IMG/VR virus record: IMGVR_UViG_3300042988_001200
Reading direction: 5' to 3' (one strand)
Length of the DNA: 64,000 bases
Origin: a virus
Taxonomy: Duplodnaviria; Caudoviricetes
The position numbers and the translations under genes were made by a program. The stretch's first letter is position 1; each line of letters opens with the position of its first letter. A model generated the notes under the pieces. It was not told the origin of the DNA. It searched no databases and was given only the letters and a program-made list of their open reading frames with translations. Positions 46,098 to 56,160 of this stretch are shown in pieces.

Positions 46098-49000
46098 ATG
46101 AATACAAGAATAGCAGTTAATATATTAAAACCCTTTAGACATATCTATGGTAATAAAGATGTTCAGATGAAGGAAGGACAAGTCTATTACTTAGATATTA
46201 GTAAGCCTGATGATAAGAATGAGCTTATATATATGATGGGTGGTAGTTTTCCTTATAGATTCTTTATTTCTATAGATATAACTCCAGAGTTACTAGATTT
46301 ACTTAATGACTCTAAATTTGATGTCTATTCCGTTCCTCCATCAGCTCCAGTTCAAGGTCAAACCTACTTTAATGATGTAAGTGGTATTCCCTATATCTAT
46401 AATGGTAGTTCTTGGACGCCTATGACTGGTAGTGGAGGAGGGGGTGGAGGCACACCCACTGTAGTCCCTGCATTATTTGGAGATGTAACTTCCGATGGTT
46501 ATAGTAATAATGTACAGATAGTACCAGGGGTTATTACAGATGCTGATATTAGCCCTACAGCAGGTATTCAACTTAGTAAACTAGCTACTAATCCTTTAGA
46601 TAGAACTAATCATACAGGTACTCAATTAGCTTCTACTATATCTAATTTTATTCCAACTGTTCAAACAGTTCCAGTTAACCAATTAGCTCCTGCTACTGGT
46701 AACTTGAATATGAATAACTATAGGATTATTAACCTTGCTAATCCTATATCTGGTTCTGATGCAGCTAATAAACAATATGTAGATTCAGCTATAGCTGCTG
46801 TAGGGTTCACCTCCCCATTACCTCTTAATAAGGGTGGTACAGGGGTAGCTGCTACTACTGGAGTAGAGGCTCTTAACGCATTAGAAGGTGTATACTCTGG
46901 TAGAAATTTACCTGTTAGTGGCACTCCTCCTCTTAATAGTGGTAGAGTTTTTGCTCAGAAAAGTACAGGTACAGGTTCTACACCCTCTTATCTAGACTTT
47001 AGAAGAATAGTTGTTACAGCTCCATTAAGTATTATAGAGAGTGCTGATGCAATTACTATTGGCTTTACTGCAGGAGGGGGTACTACTTTAGATATAAACA
47101 CAGCTTTAAGTGGTTATCCTTTATCTATAGTTAATGGCGGTACGGGTGCTACTACAGCTACTAACGCTAGAGTTAATCTAGGGGCAGTAGGTAGAGGGGA
47201 GAACTCATTAGCACCTAGCACTACAGTAGGTAATGTGTTTAGAGATGTTGTTAATAGTGGTGGAGACATTACTATGAGATTTAACTCTCTTAGTGAAGTT
47301 CCTCTTGGAGGTATTGATATTAATGAAACAGGTGGGGTCATTCAACTATCTGTTAGACAATCAGACCTCTCCTTAGCTAATATTGGGGGTTCTATTGACC
47401 TTACTAGTAGTCAGGTTACAGGGGTACTACCTATAGCTAAAGGAGGTACTGGGGCTACTACTATTAGTGGTGCTAGAGATAATCTTAATGTTGTTTATGA
47501 TGCCAGACTTATTACTGGGGCTACTGGTCAATCAGTATTATCCACTCCTGCTGTAGTTCAACAAATAGGGGATGGGGGCATTATTAATATGAAAGGGATT
47601 ATTGCTGGTAGTAATATTACTATTACCAGTAGTGGTACAGATTTAACCATTAATTCAACTGCCACTTCTACTATCACAGCAGCTAACCTAGGTACAGGTG
47701 ATGGTAAACCCTATCATAGTGTTACTGGTACTACTCTTAACTTTAGATCAGTACAAGAAGGAATGGGTATAGATGTTGTTAATAGCATTAATGATATAGT
47801 TGTTAATCTAAGATCTTCATATATTGGTACTACTGGAGCTAGAATAGCTAACTTACCATTAGCAGCTAGCTCTCCTCTAGAGTTTAGAACCCTTCTTCAG
47901 GGAACTGGTATTACTATTACAGAGAACACTAATGACATCACCATTAGTTCTACTGGAGCTTCTACTGTATTTAATGTAGGTGGGAAGCCTGGACAGGTAT
48001 ATAGAGACCTACTTAATGGGATTCTTAATCTTAGAACTATAGGTGGAGCTACTGGAACTATTAACCAGGATGGTCTCCTAGTAACAACTGTAGGAGATGA
48101 AATTCATATTCAATCTAATATAGTAGATGCTGCTTCATTAGCTACTGGACAACATATCCTAACTAACACCACCCCCATTACTACTACTGGTAACACTCTT
48201 AACTTTAAAGGTGTACTAGCTGGTAAGGGTGTCTCTCTAGCCTCTTCCACTGGTACTGATGTAGTTATAGATGCTTTATTAGCTTCTGTAGGTCCAGGTG
48301 TACCCACCCTAGTATCAGCTAGCCCTGCTGTTGGAGCCCCTTATCAATTAAAGACTGTACAAGCAGGTACTGGTATTACTGTTACAGATAATGGAACTTC
48401 TATTACCATAGCTTCTAGTAGTACAGCTATTACTGGGGATTATGGGTTATTACTAACTGGTTCTGCTATGAAGGTAGAGGCAGTTAATCTAGGGGGTCAA
48501 CAAGTTGTATTAGCCAACCCCACTGGTGGTATTAATGACCCAATGAACTTTAAAGGGTTAACAGCAGGTAAAGGGACATCCCTAGCTCTATCTACTGGTA
48601 CAGAGATTATTATAGATACCCTTATAGCTTCTATAGGCTCTGGACAAACTCTATTAGGTACAGCTCCTACTAATGGTCAGCCCTTTAACTTTAAGTCTCT
48701 ATTAGCGGGTACTGGTATTACATTAACCCCTGCTGCTGACTCTATTACTATAAGTTCTAGTGCCCCCACTGGAGCTGTTAATGTAGGTACTGGTCAACAG
48801 GTCTATAAAGCTCTTAATGCTGGTGTCCTAGAGTTTAGAACTATTCTAGGGGATTATGGTATTAATGCTACTACTGTAGGGGATACTGTTAATATTGCTG
48901 CTCATGCAGAGAACTTACCTGGTGCTGGTCAATTAGTTCTATCTACTGCTAGTCAGGGTAGTGCTGACCCATTAAGATTTAAGAACATTACTCCTGCTCC

Positions 49001-49631
49001 TACTAACCCAGGTATTAGTGTTACTGCTGATGTAAATAACATCTTCCTCCAAGCTCATGTAAGTGGAGTAGCTCAAGTAGGGACTGGTGTATCATTAACT
49101 ACATCTGTTCTACCTTTAACCCCTGGTTCTATCCTTAATCTAAGAACTGTTCTAGGTGGATATGGTATTAATGCGGCTCCCTCTACTTCTACTAATGAAG
49201 TTCTAATCTCAGCCCATGCAGAGAATATTGGTACTGGTGTAAATGTTTTATCTAATCCTACATCTACTACAGATACGGACCCAATGAAGTTTAGAAAGAT
49301 TTTAGCGGGTCCTTCTGGAAGCATAACAGTAAATGTAGTTACAGATGATATTGTTATTGATTCTACTGGAACTGGTATTGGATACTCTACATCTGCTGCT
49401 CTTGCTCCTGTAAGTAATTTAGGTATCCATAGATGGACAGTTACTCATAATCTGGGTTTACCCTCACCCTTTACTCAATTTACATTCTCAGCTTATGATT
49501 CAGTAACTGGAGATTATATAGTAATGGATAATATTACAGGAGTAGATGGTAACACTGCTGTTTTTACTATAGTAACAGGTGGTGCTTCTCCATCCACAAG
49601 CACTCATTTCCGTATTACTAAAGCTCTATAA
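46098..49631 (+). CDS. Fibre protein 2 (paralog of fibre 1)
   Basis: Same N-terminal domain and 'NPLDRTNHTGTQ'; many 'L.F(R/K).l.aG.Gi.it' repeats; C-terminal 'VTHNLG' domain. Confidence 0.8.
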   Translation: MNTRIAVNILKPFRHIYGNKDVQMKEGQVYYLDISKPDDKNELIYMMGGSFPYRFFISIDITPELLDLLNDSKFDVYSVPPSAPVQGQTYFNDVSGIPYIYNGSSWTPMTGSGGGGGGTPTVVPALFGDVTSDGYSNNVQIVPGVITDADISPTAGIQLSKLATNPLDRTNHTGTQLASTISNFIPTVQTVPVNQLAPATGNLNMNNYRIINLANPISGSDAANKQYVDSAIAAVGFTSPLPLNKGGTGVAATTGVEALNALEGVYSGRNLPVSGTPPLNSGRVFAQKSTGTGSTPSYLDFRRIVVTAPLSIIESADAITIGFTAGGGTTLDINTALSGYPLSIVNGGTGATTATNARVNLGAVGRGENSLAPSTTVGNVFRDVVNSGGDITMRFNSLSEVPLGGIDINETGGVIQLSVRQSDLSLANIGGSIDLTSSQVTGVLPIAKGGTGATTISGARDNLNVVYDARLITGATGQSVLSTPAVVQQIGDGGIINMKGIIAGSNITITSSGTDLTINSTATSTITAANLGTGDGKPYHSVTGTTLNFRSVQEGMGIDVVNSINDIVVNLRSSYIGTTGARIANLPLAASSPLEFRTLLQGTGITITENTNDITISSTGASTVFNVGGKPGQVYRDLLNGILNLRTIGGATGTINQDGLLVTTVGDEIHIQSNIVDAASLATGQHILTNTTPITTTGNTLNFKGVLAGKGVSLASSTGTDVVIDALLASVGPGVPTLVSASPAVGAPYQLKTVQAGTGITVTDNGTSITIASSSTAITGDYGLLLTGSAMKVEAVNLGGQQVVLANPTGGINDPMNFKGLTAGKGTSLALSTGTEIIIDTLIASIGSGQTLLGTAPTNGQPFNFKSLLAGTGITLTPAADSITISSSAPTGAVNVGTGQQVYKALNAGVLEFRTILGDYGINATTVGDTVNIAAHAENLPGAGQLVLSTASQGSADPLRFKNITPAPTNPGISVTADVNNIFLQAHVSGVAQVGTGVSLTTSVLPLTPGSILNLRTVLGGYGINAAPSTSTNEVLISAHAENIGTGVNVLSNPTSTTDTDPMKFRKILAGPSGSITVNVVTDDIVIDSTGTGIGYSTSAALAPVSNLGIHRWTVTHNLGLPSPFTQFTFSAYDSVTGDYIVMDNITGVDGNTAVFTIVTGGASPSTSTHFRITKAL

Positions 49632-49640
49632 ATATAAATT

Positions 49641-49862
49641 ATGAAGAAACTAATTGTTGAATTAAGAAATTATGCTGCTTCCAAAAGTCTTAAGATGGAA
49701 GAAGTTGGTTGCTATAGAGTTGATATTGAAGGGGATCATTACTTAGAAGAAGAGTACCTAGCTCTAAAGGCTCTACCTTCTTCTAAAGAAGTTTCTACCT
49801 CTATCCCTTCTATAGGTGAATATCCAGTGGTTCTATATGTTAAATCAGAGGTTAATGACTAA
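49641..49862 (+). CDS. Hypothetical protein (possible fibre assembly factor)
   Basis: Directly after fibre 2, before terminator. Confidence 0.5.
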   Translation: MKKLIVELRNYAASKSLKMEEVGCYRVDIEGDHYLEEEYLALKALPSSKEVSTSIPSIGEYPVVLYVKSEVND

Positions 49863-49886
49863 TCAAATATATGAATAATTAACTAT

Positions 49887-49918
49887 AATAAGGGGGTATA
49901 AATACACCCCCTTATTTC
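49887..49918 (+). terminator. Rho-independent terminator
   Basis: AATAAGGGGGT / ACCCCCTTATT 11-bp inverted repeat followed by TC. Confidence 0.7.
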
Positions 49919-49919
49919 T

Positions 49920-50348
49920 ATGAGTTCAACTTTATATATTCAATCTTTTATATCTAAATTAGATAAATCTAAGGATACTCTAGAACTTAGACAAGAAGGT
50001 TTTAAAGTTAATAAGATATTTAATTATCTGTCTTCTAAACTTAAGGATTCTCTTTCAGAATATAAAATAAAGACCCTGGCTATCCTTTTACAACATCAGT
50101 ATGTAGAAGGTTTTACTATGGATGAACTAGTATCTGTAGGTTCCTTAAGAATAGACTTATTTAGTCATAATACTAATGAAACTATTAGACCTGCTATATG
50201 TGCTAATAGTTACCTCTATGATACAGGCTCTGGTAAAGTCTATGATGACCTCTATTCTAAAGGCTTATCTAGTTATCAAGTTAATTATTTGATATCTTCT
50301 AATAAACGCTCATTAACTAAGTTTGTTATAGATTGTTTATCTTTATAG
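49920..50348 (+). CDS. Hypothetical protein
   Basis: ORF with TATG start. Confidence 0.5.
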   Translation: MSSTLYIQSFISKLDKSKDTLELRQEGFKVNKIFNYLSSKLKDSLSEYKIKTLAILLQHQYVEGFTMDELVSVGSLRIDLFSHNTNETIRPAICANSYLYDTGSGKVYDDLYSKGLSSYQVNYLISSNKRSLTKFVIDCLSL

Positions 50349-50623
50349 GTAGATATTTCTTTTAGGTTATAGAGTTTAAGTATAACTCTATCTCTTATAA
50401 CTTGATATAACTTATCCTTTATATTTATCTCAGATATAGGGTAAGACTTGTTGTTATATATAATCCTATCTACCTTTATATCCTTAACCTGTATATCTTT
50501 ATAAGGATATCTATAAGTATAAATACTTAAACCTAGATGAATATATATAAGCCATACATCTTGATGATTAGTTAACCAAGATGGAGGGTTTTTATCTATA
50601 GTTATATTAGTAATTTTATTCAT
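50285..50623 (-). CDS. Hypothetical protein
   Basis: Antisense ORF occupying the gap; convergent overlap with 49920..50348. Confidence 0.5.
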   Translation of the reverse strand: MNKITNITIDKNPPSWLTNHQDVWLIYIHLGLSIYTYRYPYKDIQVKDIKVDRIIYNNKSYPISEINIKDKLYQVIRDRVILKLYNLKEISTYKDKQSITNLVNERLLEDIK

Positions 50624-50627
50624 ACAT

Positions 50628-53444
50628 ATGAGTTGTAGATTAGAAAAATCTCAAAAGGAAGAAATACTGAGAATTGTATCTGCTATCGTAGGTCCACCTG
50701 CTCTTTATAAGGGTAAAAACTATGGTTTAAGTTTACAAGATATTAATTTAAGATTAAGTACATCAAAATCTGATGGAAACCCTTTGTCAGATAATGTTAT
50801 AGAAGATTATCATAAAGGAGTTATAAGATTACTAAAAACAGCATATTCTAATATAATCAAAGATTATAATGCGGGTAATACTAAGGATAAAAATACTCTT
50901 AAGCCTATAGCTCAATCTTTATTTAATTTATTTAATACAATAACTAATAAAAACTCTTGTAAGGATACTATAGGTCAAATAGAGGATTTTAAGGCTATAC
51001 TGGCTGCTACTACAACTAATACTGGAGCTGCTACTTCTCCTGCACCTACAGCTCCATCTCTACCAAGCTCTACTACTTCTAATACCTCAACATCTACCGG
51101 AGCTACACAGGCCACATCTACAGCTCCTCAACCTACTATATCTCAATGTGCTAACCCATATAAGGATAGATGGGGTGTTAAGTTTAGATATCTAGATAGT
51201 AAGACTGGGGTTACATGTGGAACATCTACTAATACTACATCTACTCTTAAGGAATGGTATCTTACCCTTCTACCAGCTATGAGAAGCGTTATGCCTAATA
51301 ATGGAGGACAGGATGTACCAGGAGCATTACCAGGTCTTCAATTTCAAATAAGAAGTAATATAGCTAAACATAAGATTCCAGGATTCCAACCTCTTTATCA
51401 ACATCTAGGGGTAGATTCTATTATCATTACTCTAATAGGTACATTTACTGGGGATGGGGGTTTAGGTTCTACCTATGATGTATCTACTAAATCTTCTACT
51501 AGTCTAGGTGTTTCATATACACCTTGGGATAGTAGAACTCCAGTTAACCCTATATGGAATGAAATAGTCCCTACTCATAATAGAGCTGCTAGAGGTACTG
51601 TCACTTTAGATGCTAATGGTAATGTTGTTCCTTTAGCTTCTAGTTCTTATAATGCTACTACTGGAGGAGGAGTTAATGGAGGAGGTATAGGTATTAATGA
51701 CAGTATCACTAATGTATCTACAGGAGACCCCAATGTGTTTATGACTAAGGATTTAACTAGAAATGGTATGTGGAATAGAGATGGTTGTCCTGGTGATTGT
51801 GAGCCTTATAATAAGGAATATAATGCTTATTCCTCTAAGGATGGTTCTATTACTATGAATAATCCTAGACAAATACTTAATAAAGACCAGGATGTATTTG
51901 GAGCTTATACATTAAGAGAGCTAGCCGCCTATAATGACTCCTACCATGAGTTTATTTCCTTCTATAAAATGGCTATACATGAAGCTAGAGAACTAGAGAT
52001 AGAGATTAATCTAAGACGTAATAGTGATGGATTAAACCCCCAGGTTAATAGCTTTCTTCAATATGGTAGAGATGCTGTAGGTTATCTAAGGAATGATGCA
52101 GGTAATCCCTACTTTAAAGGAGTAGTAAAGAATATGAGAGTGTTCCATGCTAGAAGTGATAGAACTTGGTATTCTATGGAGATAGAGGTGACTGATTATG
52201 GTATGGCTGGAGGACAGGCTCTTAATCTTACTAATAGAATAGAAGAACAGGCTAAGAAAGCTATAGTTGCTAGTGTGGCTGCTGTTAATAAGAGTAGAGC
52301 TGAAGCAGGGTCTTTGGGGTTAAAAACATTTGAATTAAGTGTAGACCCTGAATGTTTAAGGAAATTTTTAAAAGAAAAGTATAATGGACAACTTCCGGCT
52401 TATGATTATACAGAAGATAAAAAGTTTGTATATGGTAAATCTTATGTATTATGGTTGTTAGAAATAGGTACTGAAATAAATTTAATAAGTGAAATAAATA
52501 ATTCTAGATTGACTATAAAAGCTAATTCTAATCAACCTAGTATAGTTACAACTCCTCTTAATACTAAAGGATACTTTTTTGATTCTAAAACTGGATGGGG
52601 AGCTAAAAATGAAGTTATATTAACTCCCGATTCTTTAATTTTAGAATTACTTAATTATTACAAAGAAGCTCCTAATTTCCTTACTAAAACAAAACAGGAT
52701 ATTATTAATATTGTTAATAATCCTAATGTAATAATTAATAGTGTAAATCTAGATAAAGTAGAAAAGGAATCCGGGTGTCCTCCAGCTAATAATAAATCTC
52801 CCTCTTCTTCAGAGCCTTCTACTCATATTCCAGCTTGGGGAGATAACACATTTGAAGATTATAATGAAACCACTCCTACTGAATCTAGACCAGTAACATC
52901 TGCTACTTCTAATCCAGAGACTAAACCCCAGGATAATAAGGATAAAAAAGATGGTTCAACAAGTTCTATTACACCAGAGGGGCTTCCTATGATTGCTGAA
53001 GGAGATGGAGATTACCCTCCATCTGAAAGACCCCTTCCATATAGTAATGATATAAGAAAATGTATTTTTAATGAATTTATAAAAGATTCAGGTTGGATTG
53101 ACTCTAGAACAAGACCTCTTTATCCTATAGGGGCTCTGCTTAGAGAAGGATTAGAAATGGATAAGGGCTATCTTGATTATGTTATAAGAACGCTGGATAA
53201 ATTTCCTCCCTCTGAATATAATCTTGTAAAAAATGTAATAGGAAACGGTAGTTTAACTATTGTTTTAAATGGTGAAGATATTTCTAAAGGAGTTTTAATG
53301 GAACTTCAAAAAATACATGATTTAAAAGATACTAATAATGAAGAGTCAGAAAGACTAAAGAACTCATTAGTAAATTATATATCAAACCCTTCTATTGTTG
53401 TTAGAACTAGAGAATATGAAAAATGGTTATCAAATTGCAGCTAA
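50628..53444 (+). CDS. Tail protein with P2 gpU-like/tube-initiator-like central domain
   Basis: 'SNIAKHKIPGFQPLYQHLGVDSIIITLIGTFTGD' resembles gpU-type domains; flanked by low-complexity linkers. Confidence 0.45.
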   Translation: MSCRLEKSQKEEILRIVSAIVGPPALYKGKNYGLSLQDINLRLSTSKSDGNPLSDNVIEDYHKGVIRLLKTAYSNIIKDYNAGNTKDKNTLKPIAQSLFNLFNTITNKNSCKDTIGQIEDFKAILAATTTNTGAATSPAPTAPSLPSSTTSNTSTSTGATQATSTAPQPTISQCANPYKDRWGVKFRYLDSKTGVTCGTSTNTTSTLKEWYLTLLPAMRSVMPNNGGQDVPGALPGLQFQIRSNIAKHKIPGFQPLYQHLGVDSIIITLIGTFTGDGGLGSTYDVSTKSSTSLGVSYTPWDSRTPVNPIWNEIVPTHNRAARGTVTLDANGNVVPLASSSYNATTGGGVNGGGIGINDSITNVSTGDPNVFMTKDLTRNGMWNRDGCPGDCEPYNKEYNAYSSKDGSITMNNPRQILNKDQDVFGAYTLRELAAYNDSYHEFISFYKMAIHEARELEIEINLRRNSDGLNPQVNSFLQYGRDAVGYLRNDAGNPYFKGVVKNMRVFHARSDRTWYSMEIEVTDYGMAGGQALNLTNRIEEQAKKAIVASVAAVNKSRAEAGSLGLKTFELSVDPECLRKFLKEKYNGQLPAYDYTEDKKFVYGKSYVLWLLEIGTEINLISEINNSRLTIKANSNQPSIVTTPLNTKGYFFDSKTGWGAKNEVILTPDSLILELLNYYKEAPNFLTKTKQDIINIVNNPNVIINSVNLDKVEKESGCPPANNKSPSSSEPSTHIPAWGDNTFEDYNETTPTESRPVTSATSNPETKPQDNKDKKDGSTSSITPEGLPMIAEGDGDYPPSERPLPYSNDIRKCIFNEFIKDSGWIDSRTRPLYPIGALLREGLEMDKGYLDYVIRTLDKFPPSEYNLVKNVIGNGSLTIVLNGEDISKGVLMELQKIHDLKDTNNEESERLKNSLVNYISNPSIVVRTREYEKWLSNCS

Positions 53445-53760
53445 AAGGAACCCTCCAATATACATTCTTAAAAACCAACTATACAAAGAGTCCAACTCTC
53501 CTATTTATTCTTATATTCCTATAATTAAATATATAGAATACCCCTCTATTTTTAACTCTAAAGAACAGTATCTTACACCTTATGACTATTACTATTACCT
53601 TTTTAATCTAGGTACAGACACTAAAAAGACTCTTGAAGATATTAGATATAGAAGGTTCAAGGGTATAGCTGTAGATTTAGATGCTTTGTATAGGTACTAT
53701 AAAACTAATGTTAAGGTTAAGGAGAAATACTTTAAACCTATAGTTTATGGTAAGTTATAG
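53416..53760 (+). CDS. Hypothetical protein
   Basis: ORF; ATG at 53416 preferred. Confidence 0.4.
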   Translation: MKNGYQIAAKRNPPIYILKNQLYKESNSPIYSYIPIIKYIEYPSIFNSKEQYLTPYDYYYYLFNLGTDTKKTLEDIRYRRFKGIAVDLDALYRYYKTNVKVKEKYFKPIVYGKL

Positions 53761-54246
53761 ACTACATAAGTTATATAAATACTCCCTTAGAACCTTTAAC
53801 TTTTCATAATCTTTATCTATTAGATAAGTCTTCTTTATATCTTCTAATACTTTATTAGCTATTAACTTATCTTTAGATAATAGAATAAAGTGTCCATTTG
53901 TACTTTGTTTAAAGGAATATTCATAATCTATAGGACATTTAGTTATTAGAACTCTATTATCTTTATACTCTAATATGTCATAGTTATATATTTTAAAGGG
54001 TGTAATACAGAGTTCTAGGTCTATATAGTCCTTATTTGGAGATAGAGTTACATAACTTTCATCAGTTCTTATTGCTTCTATATAGGCTCTAGATTCCATA
54101 AAAGGGTATTTAGACTCTAGGATACGTAGGTTATTAATATGAGCAACTACCCTTTTAGCTTCATCTAAATCTCTATAACACCCTATTAACTCATTGAAAT
54201 CTCTTTCTATATAGACAGCATACTGGGTTATTTCTTTATATTCCAT
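53755..54246 (-). CDS. Hypothetical protein, paralog B
   Basis: 'QYAVYIE..ELIGCYRDLDEAKRVVAHIN' shared with 54236..54766. Confidence 0.6.
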   Translation of the reverse strand: MEYKEITQYAVYIERDFNELIGCYRDLDEAKRVVAHINNLRILESKYPFMESRAYIEAIRTDESYVTLSPNKDYIDLELCITPFKIYNYDILEYKDNRVLITKCPIDYEYSFKQSTNGHFILLSKDKLIANKVLEDIKKTYLIDKDYEKLKVLREYLYNLCSL

Positions 54247-54766
54247 CTTTCCTAAAGTTATATAGATAATCAATAAGGTCTTTTAATCTATTAAAATCTT
54301 TATCTAATAGATATTTATCTTCTAGTTCTTCTAACAGCTTCTCAGCTATTGATTTATTTCTAGCTATGATTACAAAGGGGTAGATCCCTTTATTAGGTTT
54401 AATTAAGTATTGAAAGTTAGAAGGTACATTAGCTTCTAGTATAGAAACATTACTCTTTTTAATTTTATAATCCTCTACTCTAAAGGATAAAACATATAGT
54501 TCTAGGTTTATATATCCCTCTTTATAAGGAATATTAATACATTCAAAGGGGGTATTTATTACATCTAAATAAACAGTATAAGTAGAATAAGATAACTTAT
54601 CATATAAAGTCTGACCATTAATATAAGCAATTAGGTTCTTAGCCTCATCAATATTATTAAAACAGCCTATTATTTCTCTAGGGTTAGGTTCATTATAGTT
54701 ATCTCCTGTTCCCTTAGAGTTGTACTCCATATAGACAATATACTGTTCAATTGTTTCATTAGACAT
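54236..54766 (-). CDS. Hypothetical protein, paralog A
   Basis: 'QYIVYME..EIIGCFNNIDEAKNLIAYIN'; end-to-end similarity with downstream gene. Confidence 0.6.
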   Translation of the reverse strand: MSNETIEQYIVYMEYNSKGTGDNYNEPNPREIIGCFNNIDEAKNLIAYINGQTLYDKLSYSTYTVYLDVINTPFECINIPYKEGYINLELYVLSFRVEDYKIKKSNVSILEANVPSNFQYLIKPNKGIYPFVIIARNKSIAEKLLEELEDKYLLDKDFNRLKDLIDYLYNFRKDGI

Positions 54767-54831
54767 AGGATAAAACCCCACTTATACGTTAGTATTTAGA
54801 CTATAGAATAAAGATAAAAGAACTATTTAAT

Positions 54832-56160
54832 ATGAGTTTATATGAAGATTATTACTATAACTTAATAGATAAAGTAAAGGATATAGAAGAAAGACCCATA
54901 CAGAGTATAAGTTTATTCATTAGTGAAGTTAGATTACAAAGACTGAACCATCCAGACTTCCCTTTTTATTACAAAGATATACCAATAGATAATCTAAAAA
55001 GCTCATTAAGTTGGATGGAACTAGTTAGTATAGTTAAGAATGAGAACTTTGAATATCTTAATACTCAATATATAAATGAACTTTTATATGAAGATAGACA
55101 GATAATTGGTAATGAAGGTTTAGTCAATCAAGACAATATTATAGATGAATACTACCTTTATGGCGATAATGATGGGGAATATGTTTCTATCTATAACAGT
55201 AATACCACCTTCTTTACTAATAAGAATATAAAAGTATGGTGCTTCTGTGATAACACTTCTATATCTCTATCTAATAGAAGGTATATATATTTACCAGTAA
55301 GTGAGAGGATAAGTTCTCATTTATCGTCTATACCTAAATATAAAGAGTGGAATATTTCTAGTGGTTATATAGGATATAAGGAGCCTAATGACCCTTTTCT
55401 TATTATTGGTAGAGTAGAACAGTGGTATAATTGGTATTCCTTAGTAGGGAGTGCTAAGAGTCACCCCTTTAATAAACATCTAGAGTTTACTAATAGAGTA
55501 ACAGAACAGGGTTATGACAAGGAGTTACTTTATGAGTATATAGATAATAAAGGTTTATTAGGTAGAGTGGGTTCTAGATATTTATCTATATATAAACCTA
55601 TAGATTTAAGTGGTCCTATAGGTTTAGCTAGAACATTAATAAAGGACCCTTGCTATGACCAGTATATAGGAGGTATACCCTCTAAGGGTTACTACCCATA
55701 TGACATAGGAGAGTTCACTGGTTATATAACCCAGGAGGATTATTTAGATAAACCCTGTTTCTTATATAAGAAGGGTATAAACTCCTGTTTCCTTAGTTTC
55801 TCCCCTCCTTCTAACTATATAGACTTTCCATTAGAGACAGGGATATATATACAAGAACAATATTGTAAGGAGAAGGTTTATATACCAGACCCATCCTCTA
55901 GATGCTCATGGGAATTAGTTATACAGGATTTCACCTGTTCTCCCTCTTTGGATAACCAGGACTTAATAGACCAATGTTTGATACTAGGGAATAACTCTTA
56001 TATCAATAACCAAATAAGTGGGTTAATGAATGATATAACGTATATAGTAGATGAATTCTTTTATTTCTCTTGTGTAAGAGATTTATTAAATCTACAGGAT
56101 ACTTTATACTCTGATACAACTTTAATAAACAATAGTTATTATATAAATACTAAAAGATAA
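54832..56160 (+). CDS. Hypothetical protein (probable virion)
   Basis: Translationally coupled (TAATG) to fibre-like gene. Confidence 0.55.
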   Translation: MSLYEDYYYNLIDKVKDIEERPIQSISLFISEVRLQRLNHPDFPFYYKDIPIDNLKSSLSWMELVSIVKNENFEYLNTQYINELLYEDRQIIGNEGLVNQDNIIDEYYLYGDNDGEYVSIYNSNTTFFTNKNIKVWCFCDNTSISLSNRRYIYLPVSERISSHLSSIPKYKEWNISSGYIGYKEPNDPFLIIGRVEQWYNWYSLVGSAKSHPFNKHLEFTNRVTEQGYDKELLYEYIDNKGLLGRVGSRYLSIYKPIDLSGPIGLARTLIKDPCYDQYIGGIPSKGYYPYDIGEFTGYITQEDYLDKPCFLYKKGINSCFLSFSPPSNYIDFPLETGIYIQEQYCKEKVYIPDPSSRCSWELVIQDFTCSPSLDNQDLIDQCLILGNNSYINNQISGLMNDITYIVDEFFYFSCVRDLLNLQDTLYSDTTLINNSYYINTKR

